From Mobula hypostoma (Eukaryota): a stretch of 64,000 nt of DNA. Under the pieces are notes generated by a model. The model was given only the letters and a program-made list of their open reading frames with translations, was not told the DNA's origin and ran no database searches. Shown piece after piece: positions 39,711 to 52,202 of the stretch. The stretch's first letter is position 1. The number at the start of each line of letters is the position of its first letter. A program made the translations under genes and the position numbers. Location of the stretch: NCBI RefSeq assembly GCF_963921235.1, contig NC_086101.1, positions 7,442,001-7,506,000 on the forward strand, in the 5' to 3' direction.

Positions 39711-40541
39711 TCTTGCTCCTCCTCGCCTCCCCAGACTCCCAGACTGAAGGTTGGAATTAGAAAAGAGGGAATTTCTGTCCAGAATTCTGCCAATATTTCC
39801 ACCCTAACAGCGTGTGTTCAGTTTTGGCAGCTTTAGAGAGGGTGTAGAGGAGGTTTCTCAGGATACTGCCTGGTTTAGACAGCATATTCTATGAGGATAG
39901 GTTGTGAGAACTGAAGCTTTTCTCTTTGAAGTGAAGGGGGGTGAGAGGTGATTTGACAGGAGTGTCAGGATGATAAGAGGCAAAGTCCTGATAAAGTGTC
40001 TCGGCCCAAAACATCAATTGTTTATTCCTGTTCAAAGACCTCAGCATGACCTGCTGAGTTCCTCCGGCAGTTTGTGTGTGTTACTATAGATCGAGTGGAC
40101 AACCAAATCTTTTCTCAGGGTGGAAATTGCTATTACAAGAGGGCAGGACTTAGGTGATTGGAGGAAAGTATAGGTGGGGACGTCAGAGGTAAGTTTGGGC
40201 ATGTGGAACGCCCTGCCAGGGGAGATACATTAGATACATTTGATAGATATGTGGATGATAGAGAAATGGAAGATTGTGTGGGAGGAAAAGGGTTACATTG
40301 ATCATAGATTGAGTTGAAAGGTCGGCAAAATGTCGAAGAGCTTGTAATGTGCTGTAATGTTTTATGTTCTATGTTTAACATACGATTGGTTACGGGATCT
40401 TGCTCTGTGGCGGAAACCATGTGACACGTTTCCTTCACTAAATTCATTGCAAAGAACGTGCCTGGCTTTGAAGCGGTACTAGAGAAAAGCAGGTCCTTTT
40501 CCTCCTCTGTGGCTCGAGCGAGCCAAGTGTTTTCCATTGGT

Positions 40542-41140
40542 AAACACGAGGAATTCTGCAGATGCTGGAAATTCAAGCAACACACATGAAAGTTGCTGGT
40601 GAACGCAGCAGGCCAGGCAGCGTCTCTAGGAAGAGGTACAGTCAACGTTTTGGGCCGAGACCCTTCGTCAGGACTAACTGAAGGAAGAGCTAGTAAGAGA
40701 TTTGAAAGTGGGAGGGGGAGGGGGAGATCCAAAATGATAGGAGAAGACAAGAGGTGGAGGGATGGAGCCAAGAGCTGGACAGGTGATTGGCAAAAGGGAT
40801 ATGAGAGGATCATGGGACAGGAGGCCCAGGGAGAAGAAAAAGGGGGAGGGGGGGGAAACCCAGAGGATGGGCAAAGGGTATAGTCAGAGGGACAGAGGTA
40901 GAAAAAGGGGAGAGAGAGAAAGAATGTGTGTATATAGATAAATAACGGATTGGGTACGAGGGGAAGGTGGGGCATTAGCGGAAGTTTGAGAAATCGATGT
41001 TCATGCCATCAGGTTGGAGGCTACCCAGACGTAATATGAGGTGTTGTTCCTCCAACCTGAGTGTGGCTTCATCTTGACAGTAGAGGTGGCCATGGATAGA
41101 CGTATCAGAATGGGAATGGGACGTGGAATTAAAAGGTGTG
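40542..41140 (-). mobile_element. Penelope-like element 3' part (GIY-YIG C-terminus, pyrimidine-rich UTR, terminal repeat), with 9-bp TSD
   Basis: Minus frame FNSTSHSHSD...LRLEEQHLILRLGSLQPDGMNIDF; TCCATTGGT at 40533-40541 and 41141-41149. Confidence 0.85.
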
Positions 41141-41186
41141 TCCATTGGTGATTTGATTCCCCCACCCTCCCCATCTTATTTTGCAG

Positions 41187-41398
41187 GTGGCAGGGTTTGT
41201 GCTGGAGCGAATTTGGCCGGTGTGGACCTCCCCCTGCTCGCTGCGGCTCTGCTGCAGAGGCTTCATCTGCACCCTGCATCTCCTCTCGCTCACCTGGACC
41301 TCGCACCTACTGTAGGAGCAACACCGGCTGCTCCGTGCCCAGGCACGCGCCGGGACCAACCCTTAGCACCTAGGATGAGCACTAAACAATCTTCATAG
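41187..41398 (+). pseudogene. Cytochrome P450 family 2 pseudogene, terminal exon (exon 9 equivalent) remnant
   Basis: Acceptor cttattttgcag|; phase-1 frame GGRVCAGANLAGVDLPLLAAALLQRLHL...LDLAPTVG keeps the heme Cys motif and LLQ/LDL.P.VG but has lost ELFLF. Confidence 0.8.
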
Positions 41399-41862
41399 GC
41401 TGCTAGGGGGGAGCTTATATCTCTGATCGCTGACTGTGAACATTAGTGGGTTATAGCCTGGTGTAAGCTTTGAACTTAAGCCCCCCATTTTGTTGAATGG
41501 AACTGTTTCTGTGTGACTTTATGCTGCTACTGGAGAAGATAGATTACGCCTCCAGAGACTCTCGCACTTGGCAGGAGAAAGGCGATTGACGCACAGCGGC
41601 CTCTGACAGGAGGATGCCGTTGGAGAATTCAGCGCAGCTTGTATTTGGCGGCTGTTGTTTACAACAGACTCCTCGATGGTCATCGTTTTGATGCGGCTTA
41701 CCTGTAGCGAGAGCGAAATAAAAGCTAATGTGTCTTTAGCATGAGACCAAGGAGGGCCTGTCGCATTATTGGCTACGTCAACAGGAGAGTCTGCCTGCTC
41801 AGAGATGAGCAGAGATAGAGGGCCTGGAGCCAGTCCCAGGCAGAGGGAGGAGCTTGCTGGTT

Positions 41863-41876
41863 GTTACTATGGTAAC
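41863..41876. promoter_or_regulatory. Consensus RFX X-box
   Basis: GTTACTATGGTAAC matches GTYNCY-AT-RGNAAC, in unique CpG-containing sequence. Confidence 0.5.
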
Positions 41877-41929
41877 GACTCGGACTAGGGGGCCAGGAGG
41901 AAAGTTGCAGGTAGCAATCTGTAAATGAG

Positions 41930-42420
41930 CCTTATGTAAGAAAAGAGGTGCTGACGTTAAAGGGGGTCACAAGAATTATCCTGGGAATGAAAGGGTTTAT
42001 GTGTGAGGTTCATTTGACAGCTCCGGGCCTGTACTTGCTGGAGTTTAGAAGAATGAGGAAGAATCTCATTTAAACCATCAAATATTGAAAGGCCTTGATA
42101 GAGTGGAATTGGAGAGGATGTTTCGTACAGCTCAAGAGCCTAGGACCAGAGGACAGAGCCTTAAAATATAATCACGTCCCTTTTTAAAATAGAGATGAAG
42201 AGGACTGACTTTAACGAGAGGGTGGTGAATCTGTGGAATTCATTGCCACAGATGGCTGTGAAGACCATTGGGTATATTTAAAGCAGAAGTTGATAGGCTC
42301 TTGATTAGCAAGGACGTCAGAGGTTACAGGGAGAAGGCAGGAGAATGGGACTGAGGGGGAAAATATATCTGGAATGATGGAGCAGACTCGATGGGCTGAA
42401 TGGCTTAATTCTGCACTTAC
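41930..42420 (+). mobile_element. CR1 3' fragment
   Basis: ctggagtttagaagaatgagg, agggtggtgaatctgtggaattcattgcc and CR1 3'UTR. Confidence 0.78.
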
Positions 42421-42934
42421 AGCAGGGGTTCGCAACCTGGAGTCCATGGACCTCCCAATTACTGGTAAAGCTCCACGCATGAAAAAACGCTTGGGAACCC
42501 CTGACCCACAGTATGTCTTATGGTCTTCTGTCCCCGTTTCCATCCAGTGAGCATTGGGGAGGATTCTGAATCACAGGTGGTAATATTCTGAGGTCAGGGA
42601 TGACAAGCCCTCACCACACTTCCGAATAAGGGTCTCAGCCCAAAGCGTCAACTGTCCATCCCCCTCCATAGAGGCTTCCTGACATGCTGAGTTCCGCCAG
42701 CATTTTGTGCGTGAAGCACAACATTTACAGTATTCAGCAAAGCTACACAGTGTAGACTCCTCAGTAAAATCCAAATGAGAATATGTTGCCATTTACTCAG
42801 TGGGATCCTTTAAGTTTCTCACTTTCTGGTGATTAGATGCTGCTCTGCATGGAGGCCCATCATCTTCAGCAGCAGATGCAAAGAGATGTCTGTGGTAATT
42901 GGTTGTTCCCGTAATGGAGCTAGTTGGGTCCATA

Positions 42935-43600
42935 AGCCTCTGCAGCCAATCCCGCTCCATCTGAAAAAAAGTGGAATTTTCAAGTGGCCAACCAATTTAA
43001 TTCCAATCTCCATTCCCATTCGGACATGTCAGCTCGTGGTCTTCTCTTCTGTCGTGATGAGGATTCTCTCAGGTTGGAGGAACAAACCCCCCATATTCCA
43101 TCTAGGTAGCCTCCAACCTGTTCAAATGAACATCAGCTTCTCTAACTTCCAGTATTTTTTTTTTCCGTTCCCCTTTCCTTCTTGTACTATTCACCACTCT
43201 GGCCTCTTAACTTTTCTCCAATTAGTTTCTCCAATTTCAGTTATTTCTTCCCCCTTTCTCTTTCTCTTTATTTCCTTCCCCATTCTGGCTTTTCTTTCAC
43301 CCCTTTTCTTCTCCTCACCTACCTATCACCTCTCCCTGGGTGCCCCTCCTCCCCTTTCTTCCACTGTCCACTCTCCTCTCCTATCAGATTTCGTCATATC
43401 AGCCCTTTGCCTTTTCTACACATCACCTCCTGGCTTGTTCCTTCATCCCCCGGCTTCACCGATCACCTTCCAGCTTATCCTCCTTCCCTTTCCCCTTCCT
43501 TTCCAGCCCTGATGAGGGGTCTCAGCCTGAAATGTCAACCGTTTATTCATCTCCAGAGAAGTTGCCTGACCTGCTGAGTTACTTCAGCATTTTGTACCCT
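42935..43600 (+). mobile_element. Older Penelope-like element 3' part
   Basis: Homologous to 40542-41140 in opposite orientation (ctcaggttggaggaacaa...ggtagcctccaacctg); terminal CTGATGAGGGGTCTCAGCCTGAAA. Confidence 0.78.
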
Positions 43601-44372
43601 TGTGCATTGGAGGCTCCTCATCAGGCAGGGGTGGAAGCTCAGTTTTAAGTACCCTCCTCTCACGTCCCCCACACCTAACCTTGCACCTATGTCCCCTTGG
43701 CCATGAGCCCTTCACAGGTGAAAACATGTCACCACCTTCCCTGAACCTGAGTACAGATGAAAGAAAAAATGAGGGCTATTGTTTTTCTCATGTCATAAAT
43801 AAACCAGAATGTATGTGGGAAAGAGGGTGGGACTGATCCAGGAGAGGTTGAAAGGTTGGCACGGCATCATGGGCCAAAGGGCCTGTACTGTGCTGACCTG
43901 GACTATGTTCTGTATAACAAACAAAATGGTGGAGGAACTCAGCAGGTCAGGCAGCATCTATGGAGGGGAATAAACAGTCAACATTTCGGGCCAAGACCCT
44001 TACCCCAAAACATGCCCGCTGCGATCAGCGGACACTTCCCAGGAGATCTCACCTTTGGGATCTGGGCTGGAACGTGTTGTACAAAACAGATTCTTAAGCA
44101 CAAGAGATCCTGCAGATGCTGGAAACCCAGATCAACACGCACAAAATACTGAAGGAGCATAGCAGGTCAGGCAGCATCGATGAATGAATGAATGAATGAT
44201 CTTATTGTCATTATACAATGAAACTCTGTTTGGCTTCCTCTCAGGCACTTAAATAAAGCGGTAGATAAAAACAAGACAGTAATAGAAAAACGGTATTAAA
44301 TAGATAAGCAACAGAAAATAAGTTGCAGCAGCACCAGAATATCACAGTAATGCACAAAGTGCCGTTAGTGCA

Positions 44373-44902
44373 AGTATGGTATGGAAGTTGTCCTGTCCAA
44401 GACCGAAAGAAGCTGCATAAGATCGTGAACACGGCGCAGCACATCACACAAACCAATCTTCCGTCCTTGGACACACTTTACACCGCACGCTGTCGGGGCA
44501 GTGCTGCCAGGATAATCAAGGACACGACCCACCCAGCCAACACACTTTTCATCCCTCTTCCCTCCGGGAGAAGGCTCAGAAGCTTGAAGACTCATACGGC
44601 CAGATTTGGGAACAGCTTCTTTCCAACTGTGATAAGACTGCTGAACGGATCCTGACCCGGATCTGGGCCGTACCCTCTCAATATCCGGACCTGCCTCTCG
44701 GTTTTTTTTTACACTTCCTTACTTTCCATTTTTCTGTTTTCTATTTATGATTTATAATTTAAATTTTTAATATTTACTAATTTTTACTATTTGTAATGTT
44801 TAATATTTGTAATCCAGAGAGCAGGAAGCGCAGAATCAAATATCGCTGTGATGATTGTACATTCTAGTATCAATTGTTTGGCAACAATAAAGTATAAAGT
44901 AT
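44373..44902 (+). mobile_element. Rex1/Babar-type LINE 3' end (same family as 11891-12290)
   Basis: VWYGSC..DRKKL...HPANTLFIPLPSGRRLRSLKT...SFFPTVIRLLN; AATAAA followed by an AAAGTAT tail. Confidence 0.85.
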
Positions 44903-45171
44903 TTGAATGCTTGTGTACTCTCACAGTTTCAGTCATTGTTTTGTGGGAGTGGTGTGATGGAGGCCACAGCTCCGGGATAGAAGCTGTTTCTCAGTCTGTT
45001 TGTTCTGGCTTTTAGCGTCCTGAACCTTTTGCTGGACGGCAGCAGGTCAAAGAGGGATTAGTGGCTGATGCTTCGGACTGAGATCTTTCTCCAGGTTTGG
45101 CTTATTCTGTTAAGTCGAGCTATGGACTTCTCAGCTGCCTATCATTTCTGGAGTGGTCTGTGTATCACATA

Positions 45172-45760
45172 CGCCACGGTAGCACGGTAGCGTGACGCTA
45201 TTTCAGCTCAGGCCGTTGGAGCTTGGAGTTCGATTCCAGTGTAAGGAATTTGTACGGCCTCCCCGTGAATGCGTGGGTTTCCTCCAGGTGCTCTGGTTTC
45301 CTCCCACATTTAGTCGGCTAATAGGTCATTGTAAGGTGACCTGTGATTAGGCTAGGGTCGAGTAAGCGGGAGGACTCGTTGGGCAGGAAGAGCCTGTTCT
45401 GCACTTCATCTCGAAATAAAAAACAATAGACACATACAGAGTGTGAGAGGTTACAGCTCTATTTGAGTGTATGAAGTGCAGCAATTGGCATAACGCTAAT
45501 ACAGTGCCTGTGGTTAGAGACTCCCGTCACTGTCCGTGAGGAGTTTGTACGTTCTCCACATGACCGTGTGGGCTTCGTCCAGGAGCTCCCACATTCCAAA
45601 GATGTATGGATTAGGGTTAGTAAGCTATACAGCGTGTCCTATTGATGCTGATAGCATGCGCCACTTGGAGGCTGCCCCCAACACGTCCTCGGACAGCTTT
45701 GATCACTGACACAAACCATGCGTTTCACTGTAGACCGTGACAAATAAAAGTAATCTTGGT
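45172..45760 (+). mobile_element. Two tandem V-domain SINEs (further copies near 47860-48140 minus, 50010-50232, 50722-51030, 58400-58680, 60750-61140, 63810-64000)
   Basis: tRNA-like head with GTTCGATTCC and the V core GGAGTTTGTACGTTCTCC...TGGGTTTCCTCC.GGTGCTC.GGTTTCCTCCCACA. Confidence 0.75.
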
Positions 45761-46522
45761 TCCTCAAGCTCTAGCTGCCCTTCAGCCACAATTTTTAGCC
45801 ACCTGGAGTGCGGCATCTTCTGGTTAGTCTGCTCCTGAACCTGGCCAAGGTGGACATTCACAAGTACAGGCATTTTTGCGTTCTGCCCAAGCCAATTGCC
45901 AGTCCTGGGGTTACATCCGTGCCTGTGTGTCCCTGGAAAAGGAGGAAGTGTCCCCAGCAGAAGAAGCAAGTGATGTTCCTGAGTACAAAGATTAGATTAG
46001 ATTCAACTTTATTGTCATTGTGCCGAGTACAGATACAAAGCCAATGAAATGCAGTTAGCATCTAACCAGAAATGCAAAGAATAGTGTTATCTACAAAATA
46101 ACTGCGAATAAAAAGTAAGTGCTACAGCACACAAGTATAAAAGTACTGAGACAGTACAATATCGGTGCAATACTGCTTAGCACTGTGATGAGAGGTTCAG
46201 CAGTGTTACAGCCTCAGGTAAGAAGCTTTTCCTGTGCCTGCTGGTGCGGGAACGGAGGCTCCTGTAGCACCCAGATGGGAGGAGAGTAAAAAGTCCATGG
46301 TTACGGTGAGATACATTTCACCCTAACCACCCTAACCGCAAAGAGGGATTTCTGGGACCACTGGAGCCCCACAGGGACTCCAGTGAGTTCTGGATAGAGA
46401 TGACTGTGTTGTAATTTCAAACTAAATAGTGTGAGCGGTGGACTCCTGCAGTGGTGTATTAATGTGATGCTGTAATCACTGAGTAAACCTCCTCTGTAAA
46501 AGGAAAACAGAGAGGCCATCTA

Positions 46523-47727
46523 CACTCAGTGGAATCACCACATCATGGACCTAATAAACTGGCCACTGAGTGAATGTTCGTGCTCTTCTGCTGCTGTAGC
46601 CCACTCGCGGCAAGGTCTGACGTGCTGTACGTTCAGAGATGCTCTTCAGCACACCGCGGTTGTAACACACGGTTATTTGAGTTACTGCTGCCTTCCTGTC
46701 AGCTTGAACCAGTCTGGCCATTCTCCTCTGACCTCTCTCATTTACAACTCTTTTTCATCCACAGAATAGGGTCATAAAGAAAGCTTTTGACACATTGGCC
46801 TTCGAAAACCGAAGTATTGAGTACAGGAGATGAGATGTTATGTTGGAGTTGTATAAGACATTGGTGAGGCCTAATTTGGAATATTGTGTGCAGTTTTAGT
46901 CACCTACCTACAGGAAAGGTGTAAATAAGGTTGAAAGAGCGCAGAGACAATTTACAGAGACTGTGCTGGGTCTGGAGGACCTGAGTTATAAGGGAAGATT
47001 GAATAAGTTCAGACTTGATTCCTTAGAATGGAGAAGAATGAGAGGAGATTGGATAGTGGTATTCAAAATTATGAGGAGTATAGATAGAGTTAACGTGAGC
47101 AAGCTTTTTCCACTGAGCTTGTGTGGCACTACAACCAGAGGTCGTGAGTGAAGAGTAAAAGATGAAAGGTTTAAGGGGAACATGAGGGGAAACTTCTTCA
47201 GTCAGAGGGCCATGAGAGGGTGGAATGAAATGCCAGCACAAGCTCAATTTCAACGTTTAAGAGAAGTTTGGACAGGTACATGGATGGTAGACGTATGGAG
47301 CGTTATGGATTCTTTGCAGGTCGATGAGAGTAGGCAGGTTAAAAGATTTTGGCATGGAGTAGATGCGCCTAATGGCCTGTTCCTGGGCTGTACTATGATT
47401 CCATGAGTCTATAACTGCTGCTCACTGGATGTGTTTTTTTTGCTTTTGCATTATTCTCTGTCATCTCTGGAGCCTGTTGTGCATGAAAATCCCAGGAGAT
47501 CGGCATTTTCTGAGATACTCAAACCACCCCATCTGGCACCAACTTTCAAAGTTTCCACTTTCAAAGTTACTTAGATCAAATTTCTCTCCCATTCTAATAT
47601 TTGGTTTGAACACCACCTAACACCTTGACCATGTCTGCACGCTCGTATGCATTGAGTTGCTGCCACATGATTGGCTGATGCGATAACAAGCAGGTATATA
47701 GGTGTACCTAATAAAGACTGCAGAGTG
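46523..47727. mobile_element. Non-autonomous Tc1/mariner-like DNA element split by a CR1 3' fragment (about 46770-47412, plus)
   Basis: TA|CACTCAGTGG at left and GGTGTACCTAATAAAG...GAGTG|TA at right, with an internal repeat cctaataaactggccactgagtg; TA TSD. Confidence 0.65.
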
Positions 47728-48337
47728 TATGCTGACCCTGCCCAATGCATGCCTGCTTTAGACTTACAAGCAGGGTAGGCTGGCAAGTTTCCCCTTAAGT
47801 GTGTAACCATCATTAAAATTATTGAATTGAATATTAATTTCAAAGTTGAAGCAAATTTGAATGCTGGCAGAAACATACAGTTTGCATCACACTAAATAAT
47901 TCAGTGTGAAATGTGTGAAATACATCAACACAGAGTCCGAGGATGTACTGGAGGCTTCTGCTGTCAACAAAGTATACCCACAGCTCACTAACCCTAACCG
48001 TGCGTGGAATAAGACCAAAGGAAACCCGTGCGCTCATGGGGAGAATACGCAAGCTCCTTGCAGGGCAGTGGCGGGAATCAGAACCCGATCAGTGGTTGCT
48101 GCCACAGTAATAGCATAATGCAGACCGCCACGCTGCTGGGCCACACACTCACACGGGGGTTCTGAATCAGGTTAACAGAAGCATAGCAGTGAGTAGTAAA
48201 GAGTCACTGTCAATGCAACCCCAAAACAGGGCAAATAGATGGGCAAACACAAGGAAATCTGCAGATGCTGGAATTTCAAGCAACACACATCAAAGTTGCT
48301 GGTGAACGCAGCAGGCCAGGCAGCATCTCTAGGAAGA

Positions 48338-48375
48338 GGTACAGTCAACGTTTCGGGCCGAGACCCTTCGTCAGG
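48338..48375 (-). ncRNA. Minimal type I hammerhead ribozyme core in a Penelope-like terminal repeat (best-preserved core; 5' arm of stem I truncated)
   Basis: Minus reads CTGACGA-A-GGG-TCTCGG-CCC-GAAA-CG-TT-GACT. Confidence 0.6.
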
Positions 48376-48819
48376 GTGCATGTTGGCAGTGAGCAGCATT
48401 CTGCCACTGGGGGCACTATCGAGTCTGAAGCGAGAGCCGGGATTCAGTTTCACAAGAAGATACACTGCCTCAGTGACGACTGAAAATAAACAGTTCCAGT
48501 GCGATCTTTCCAGGGATTTATGTGACCCGTCCTCTAAACTGACAGCATGTGAATATCAAATATCCTTAACAACAAACATCATGATGCTGGAAATCTGAAA
48601 TCAATGCAACAAATGGTAAAACTAACTTCCAAGGCCTTTCATAAGAGCACTTCATAAACACAGGAGATTCTGCAGATGCACACACAAAATGCCAAAGGAA
48701 CTCAACAGGTAAGGCAGCATCTATGGAGGGGATAAAACAGTCGATGTTTTGTGCTGAGACCCCTCATAAGGACCTTTTATTCCACCAACTGTTTATTCCC
48801 CTCCACAGAACAATTTTAG

Positions 48820-49915
48820 TATGAATGGCATGTGTTGTGAAATTTGATGTTTTTCAGCAGCAATACAATGCAATACATAATAAGAAATACCTATCAATTA
48901 CAATAATAATAACTATAATTAAATAAATCATGCAAATGATGGAGGGGAAAGGGCTGTTCCTGAATCATTGAGTGTGTGTCTTCAGGCTTCTGTACCTCTT
49001 CCCTGATGGTAGCAATGAGAAGAGGGCATGTCCTGGGTGAGGGTGGACCTGACTGATGGATGGCACTTTTTTGAAACATTGCCTTTTGAACGTATCCTTG
49101 ACACTGGTGAGGCCAATACCCATGATGGAGCTGGTTGAGTTTTCAACAGCTTTTTCTGATCCTGGGCAGTGGCCCCTCCATATCAGATGGTGATGCAATC
49201 AGAATACGCTCCACAGTATATCTTTAAAAATTTGGAGGTCCTCTGGTGCCAAACCAAGTGTCCTCAAACTCCTAATGAAATACAGTCACTGTTGTGCCTT
49301 CATTGAAATTTCATCAATATGTTGGGCCCAGGATAGATCTTCACAGGGTGCTGACACCCAGAAGTTCGAAACTGCTCACCCTTTCCACTGCTGATCCCTC
49401 GATGCAGACTGCCGTGCATTCCCTCAACTTCCTCAGCCTGAAATCCACAAACAATTCCTTGGTCTTAGTGACATTGGGTGCAAGGTTGTTGTTGCGACAC
49501 CACCCAACCAGCTGATCTATCTCACTCCTGTACGTCTCCTCGTCACCATCTGAAATTCTGCCAACAATAGTTGGGTAGTCAGCAAACTTCTAGATGGCAT
49601 TTGAGCTGTGGTTAGCCACATAGTCATGGGTGTAGAGAGTGTAGAGCAGTGGGCTAAGCGTGTGTCCCTGAGATGTGCCAGTGTTGATTGTCAATGAGGA
49701 GGAGACGCTATTTCCAATCTGTGCTGACTGTGGTCTCCCGGTGAGGAAGCCAAGGATCCAGTTGAAAAGTGAAGTACAGAAGCCCAGGTTTTGGAGAACT
49801 GAGGGTATGACTGTGCTGAACTCTGAGCTGTAGTCAATAAGTAGCAGTCTGGTGTAGGTATTACTATTGTCCAGGTGATCCAAGGCCAAATGGAGAGCCA
49901 GTGAGATTGCATCCT
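48820..49915 (-). mobile_element. Rex1/Babar-type LINE RT fragment through 3' end
   Basis: [71 protein letters not shown]. Confidence 0.85.
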
Positions 49916-51237
49916 TGAGTGTGCTGGTGCTGATTGTCAGTGGACATGCTGCCTGACCTGTTGAGTTCTTTCAGGATGGTGTGCATGTTTCTCATAGGAG
50001 AATGTAACACTGACTCCCGCCCCTGTCTGTAAGGAGTTAGTACGTTCTCCCCATAACCACATGGGTTTCATCCAGGTGCTCCGGTTTCCTCCCACGGTCC
50101 AACGATATACCGGTTGATAGGTTAATATGTCATTGTAAGTTGTCCCATGATTAGGCGAGAGATGAATCAGGGAGGTTGCTAGACGGCTTGGTGCAAAGGG
50201 CCAGAAGGCCTGTTCCATACCGTATCTCCTAAACAAGAGGAGATTGAGACTAATGACCCAAAATCAGCACCAATGAAATGTTTTCTCTTTAGAAGGTCTT
50301 AACAGGAAGAGAGAAGAGCAGAGCTGATAAGGTTTTGAAGTGGGATCTCCCAGTAATAGCAGCTGAGTAGCTGATAAACCTGCCCCGTGATGGGATGTTT
50401 GTAATCGGGGATCAGGAATCAGGAAGGACCGATCACTAGAGCTGCAGGCAGACATTAGAGAGTTGCAGGGGCTGGAGGTGATTGTGGAGATCATGGAGGG
50501 AATGGAGTTTCTGTTAGAGGGGAGAATTACATATGGGTGTAACTCGATGCTGAATTCATTTGTTTAGTTCTCCTTCCCCGTGTTTGTGTGTTGTCATTAT
50601 GAGTGACACGGTGAGATAAGCACTCTACTACAAACGAGCCTCACTGCAAGAACTTCCTTCAGAGCCAAATCAAAGCAACAAGAGACAGGCGCCGGAAGAA
50701 TGCAGAACATTCACCTTTCGTGAGCGGTACCGTAACGTAACGGTTAGCGTAACACATTATAGCACCAGCAACCCGGGTTCAAATCCTGCCGCTGACTGCG
50801 AGGAGTTTGTACGTTCTCCCCGTGACCGTGTGGGTTTCCTCCGGGTGGCACGGTTTCCTCCCACATAAAGCCGTATGAGAGAAGGAGGGTCAGTGAGTTG
50901 CGGGCAGGCTACATTGGCACCAGGAGCATGGCCGCCAGCACACCCTCGGACTGTTTTGGTCATTGACAGAAACGGGGTATGTCACTGCACATCTCGAGTT
51001 ACGTGTGGCAAATAAAACGAATCTAATATAATCACAAATCTCAGGACTGAAAGGAAAAAAAACTCATTGCAGAGTCAGGAAAGCATCAGTCACTCAGCGG
51101 GAGAGACTGGCTGCTCTCAACTGACCCGTTTCATGGTGAAAATAACATCAGACTGCCACAGTTTCGTAGGCTGCAACCAGATTCAGTTCCAATGCGGGTA
51201 ACCTTACTGAGCAAGCTGGAGGGACGGGTGTTTCAGT

Positions 51238-51650
51238 CACAAGATGCTGGAGGAAATGCAGCAGGTCAGGCAGAACCCATGGAGTGAGATAAACAGGTGG
51301 AGTCTTGGGCCAAGACCCTTCATCAGGACGGGGAAGGAATGGGGAAGAGCCAGACTGAGAAGGTGGAGGGAGACGAAGGTGATAGGTGAGGGGAAAGGTG
51401 GGTGGGTGGGGAAGGGAAGGGGTGATGACACAAGAAGCTGGGAGGGGATAGGTGGAAGCAGGCTGAAGGAGAAGGAATTGGATAGGAGAGGAGAGTGGAC
51501 CATGAGGAGGGGAACCAAATGGAGGCAGTGGGCAGGTGAAGAGAAGGGAAGGGATAAGAGGGGAATGAAAAAAGAGAGAAGGGGGAAGATGAGAAATTTC
51601 TTGTAGAGAAATTGATGCTGATTCCCTTAGGCTGGAGGATACCCTCCCTC
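51238..51650 (-). mobile_element. Decayed Penelope-like 3' end
   Basis: Terminal motif CCTGATGAAGGGTCTTGGCCC on minus, plus the purine-rich (plus-strand) UTR. Confidence 0.65.
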
Positions 51651-52202
51651 CTGTGCCACAAAACAACAAATTTCATGACATATCATATGTCAGTGATAAC
51701 AAAACTGATTCCCATTCCGATTCTGAGAAGAGTCTGTAAGATGTCCCTCGTGTATCTGCCTCGAACTGCCCCAGGCAGTGCATTCCACACACCCACCATT
51801 CTCTGTGTAAAAAAAAACTATGTCTGACATACACCCAATACTTTTCTCCAATCGCTTTAAAATTACGCCCCCTCGTATTAGGAATTCCCAAAGCTAAGAA
51901 AATTGCCGATCTTGCTTCCGAAACTTCACATCACTGTAAATATCACTCATTTTGAAAGATGTTTGTTGATCTTGTACTCATTAACCATTCTCCCTAGATA
52001 AAGCCAGTAGCTCTGTGTATCTAGTGAGAAGGCTTTGACACACAAAGCAAACACACTCCGGCTGGAAGCAGTGAAACTTGGAGCAGGAAAGCACTAGATA
52101 ATTTTTCAGTGAAACTATTAGCAATGCAGGCATTGTTCCAGGGGTTTAGACTGGTAAATGGCAAATTTAGGTTTGATCTGGGGGCAGAAGGAATTGTAGA
52201 GA

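Noticed and set aside
40133..40975. 280-aa minus ORF (similarly 42829-43512 and 51148-51669)
   Set aside because: These run through pyrimidine-rich Penelope-like UTRs and other TE pieces, with no coherent domain.
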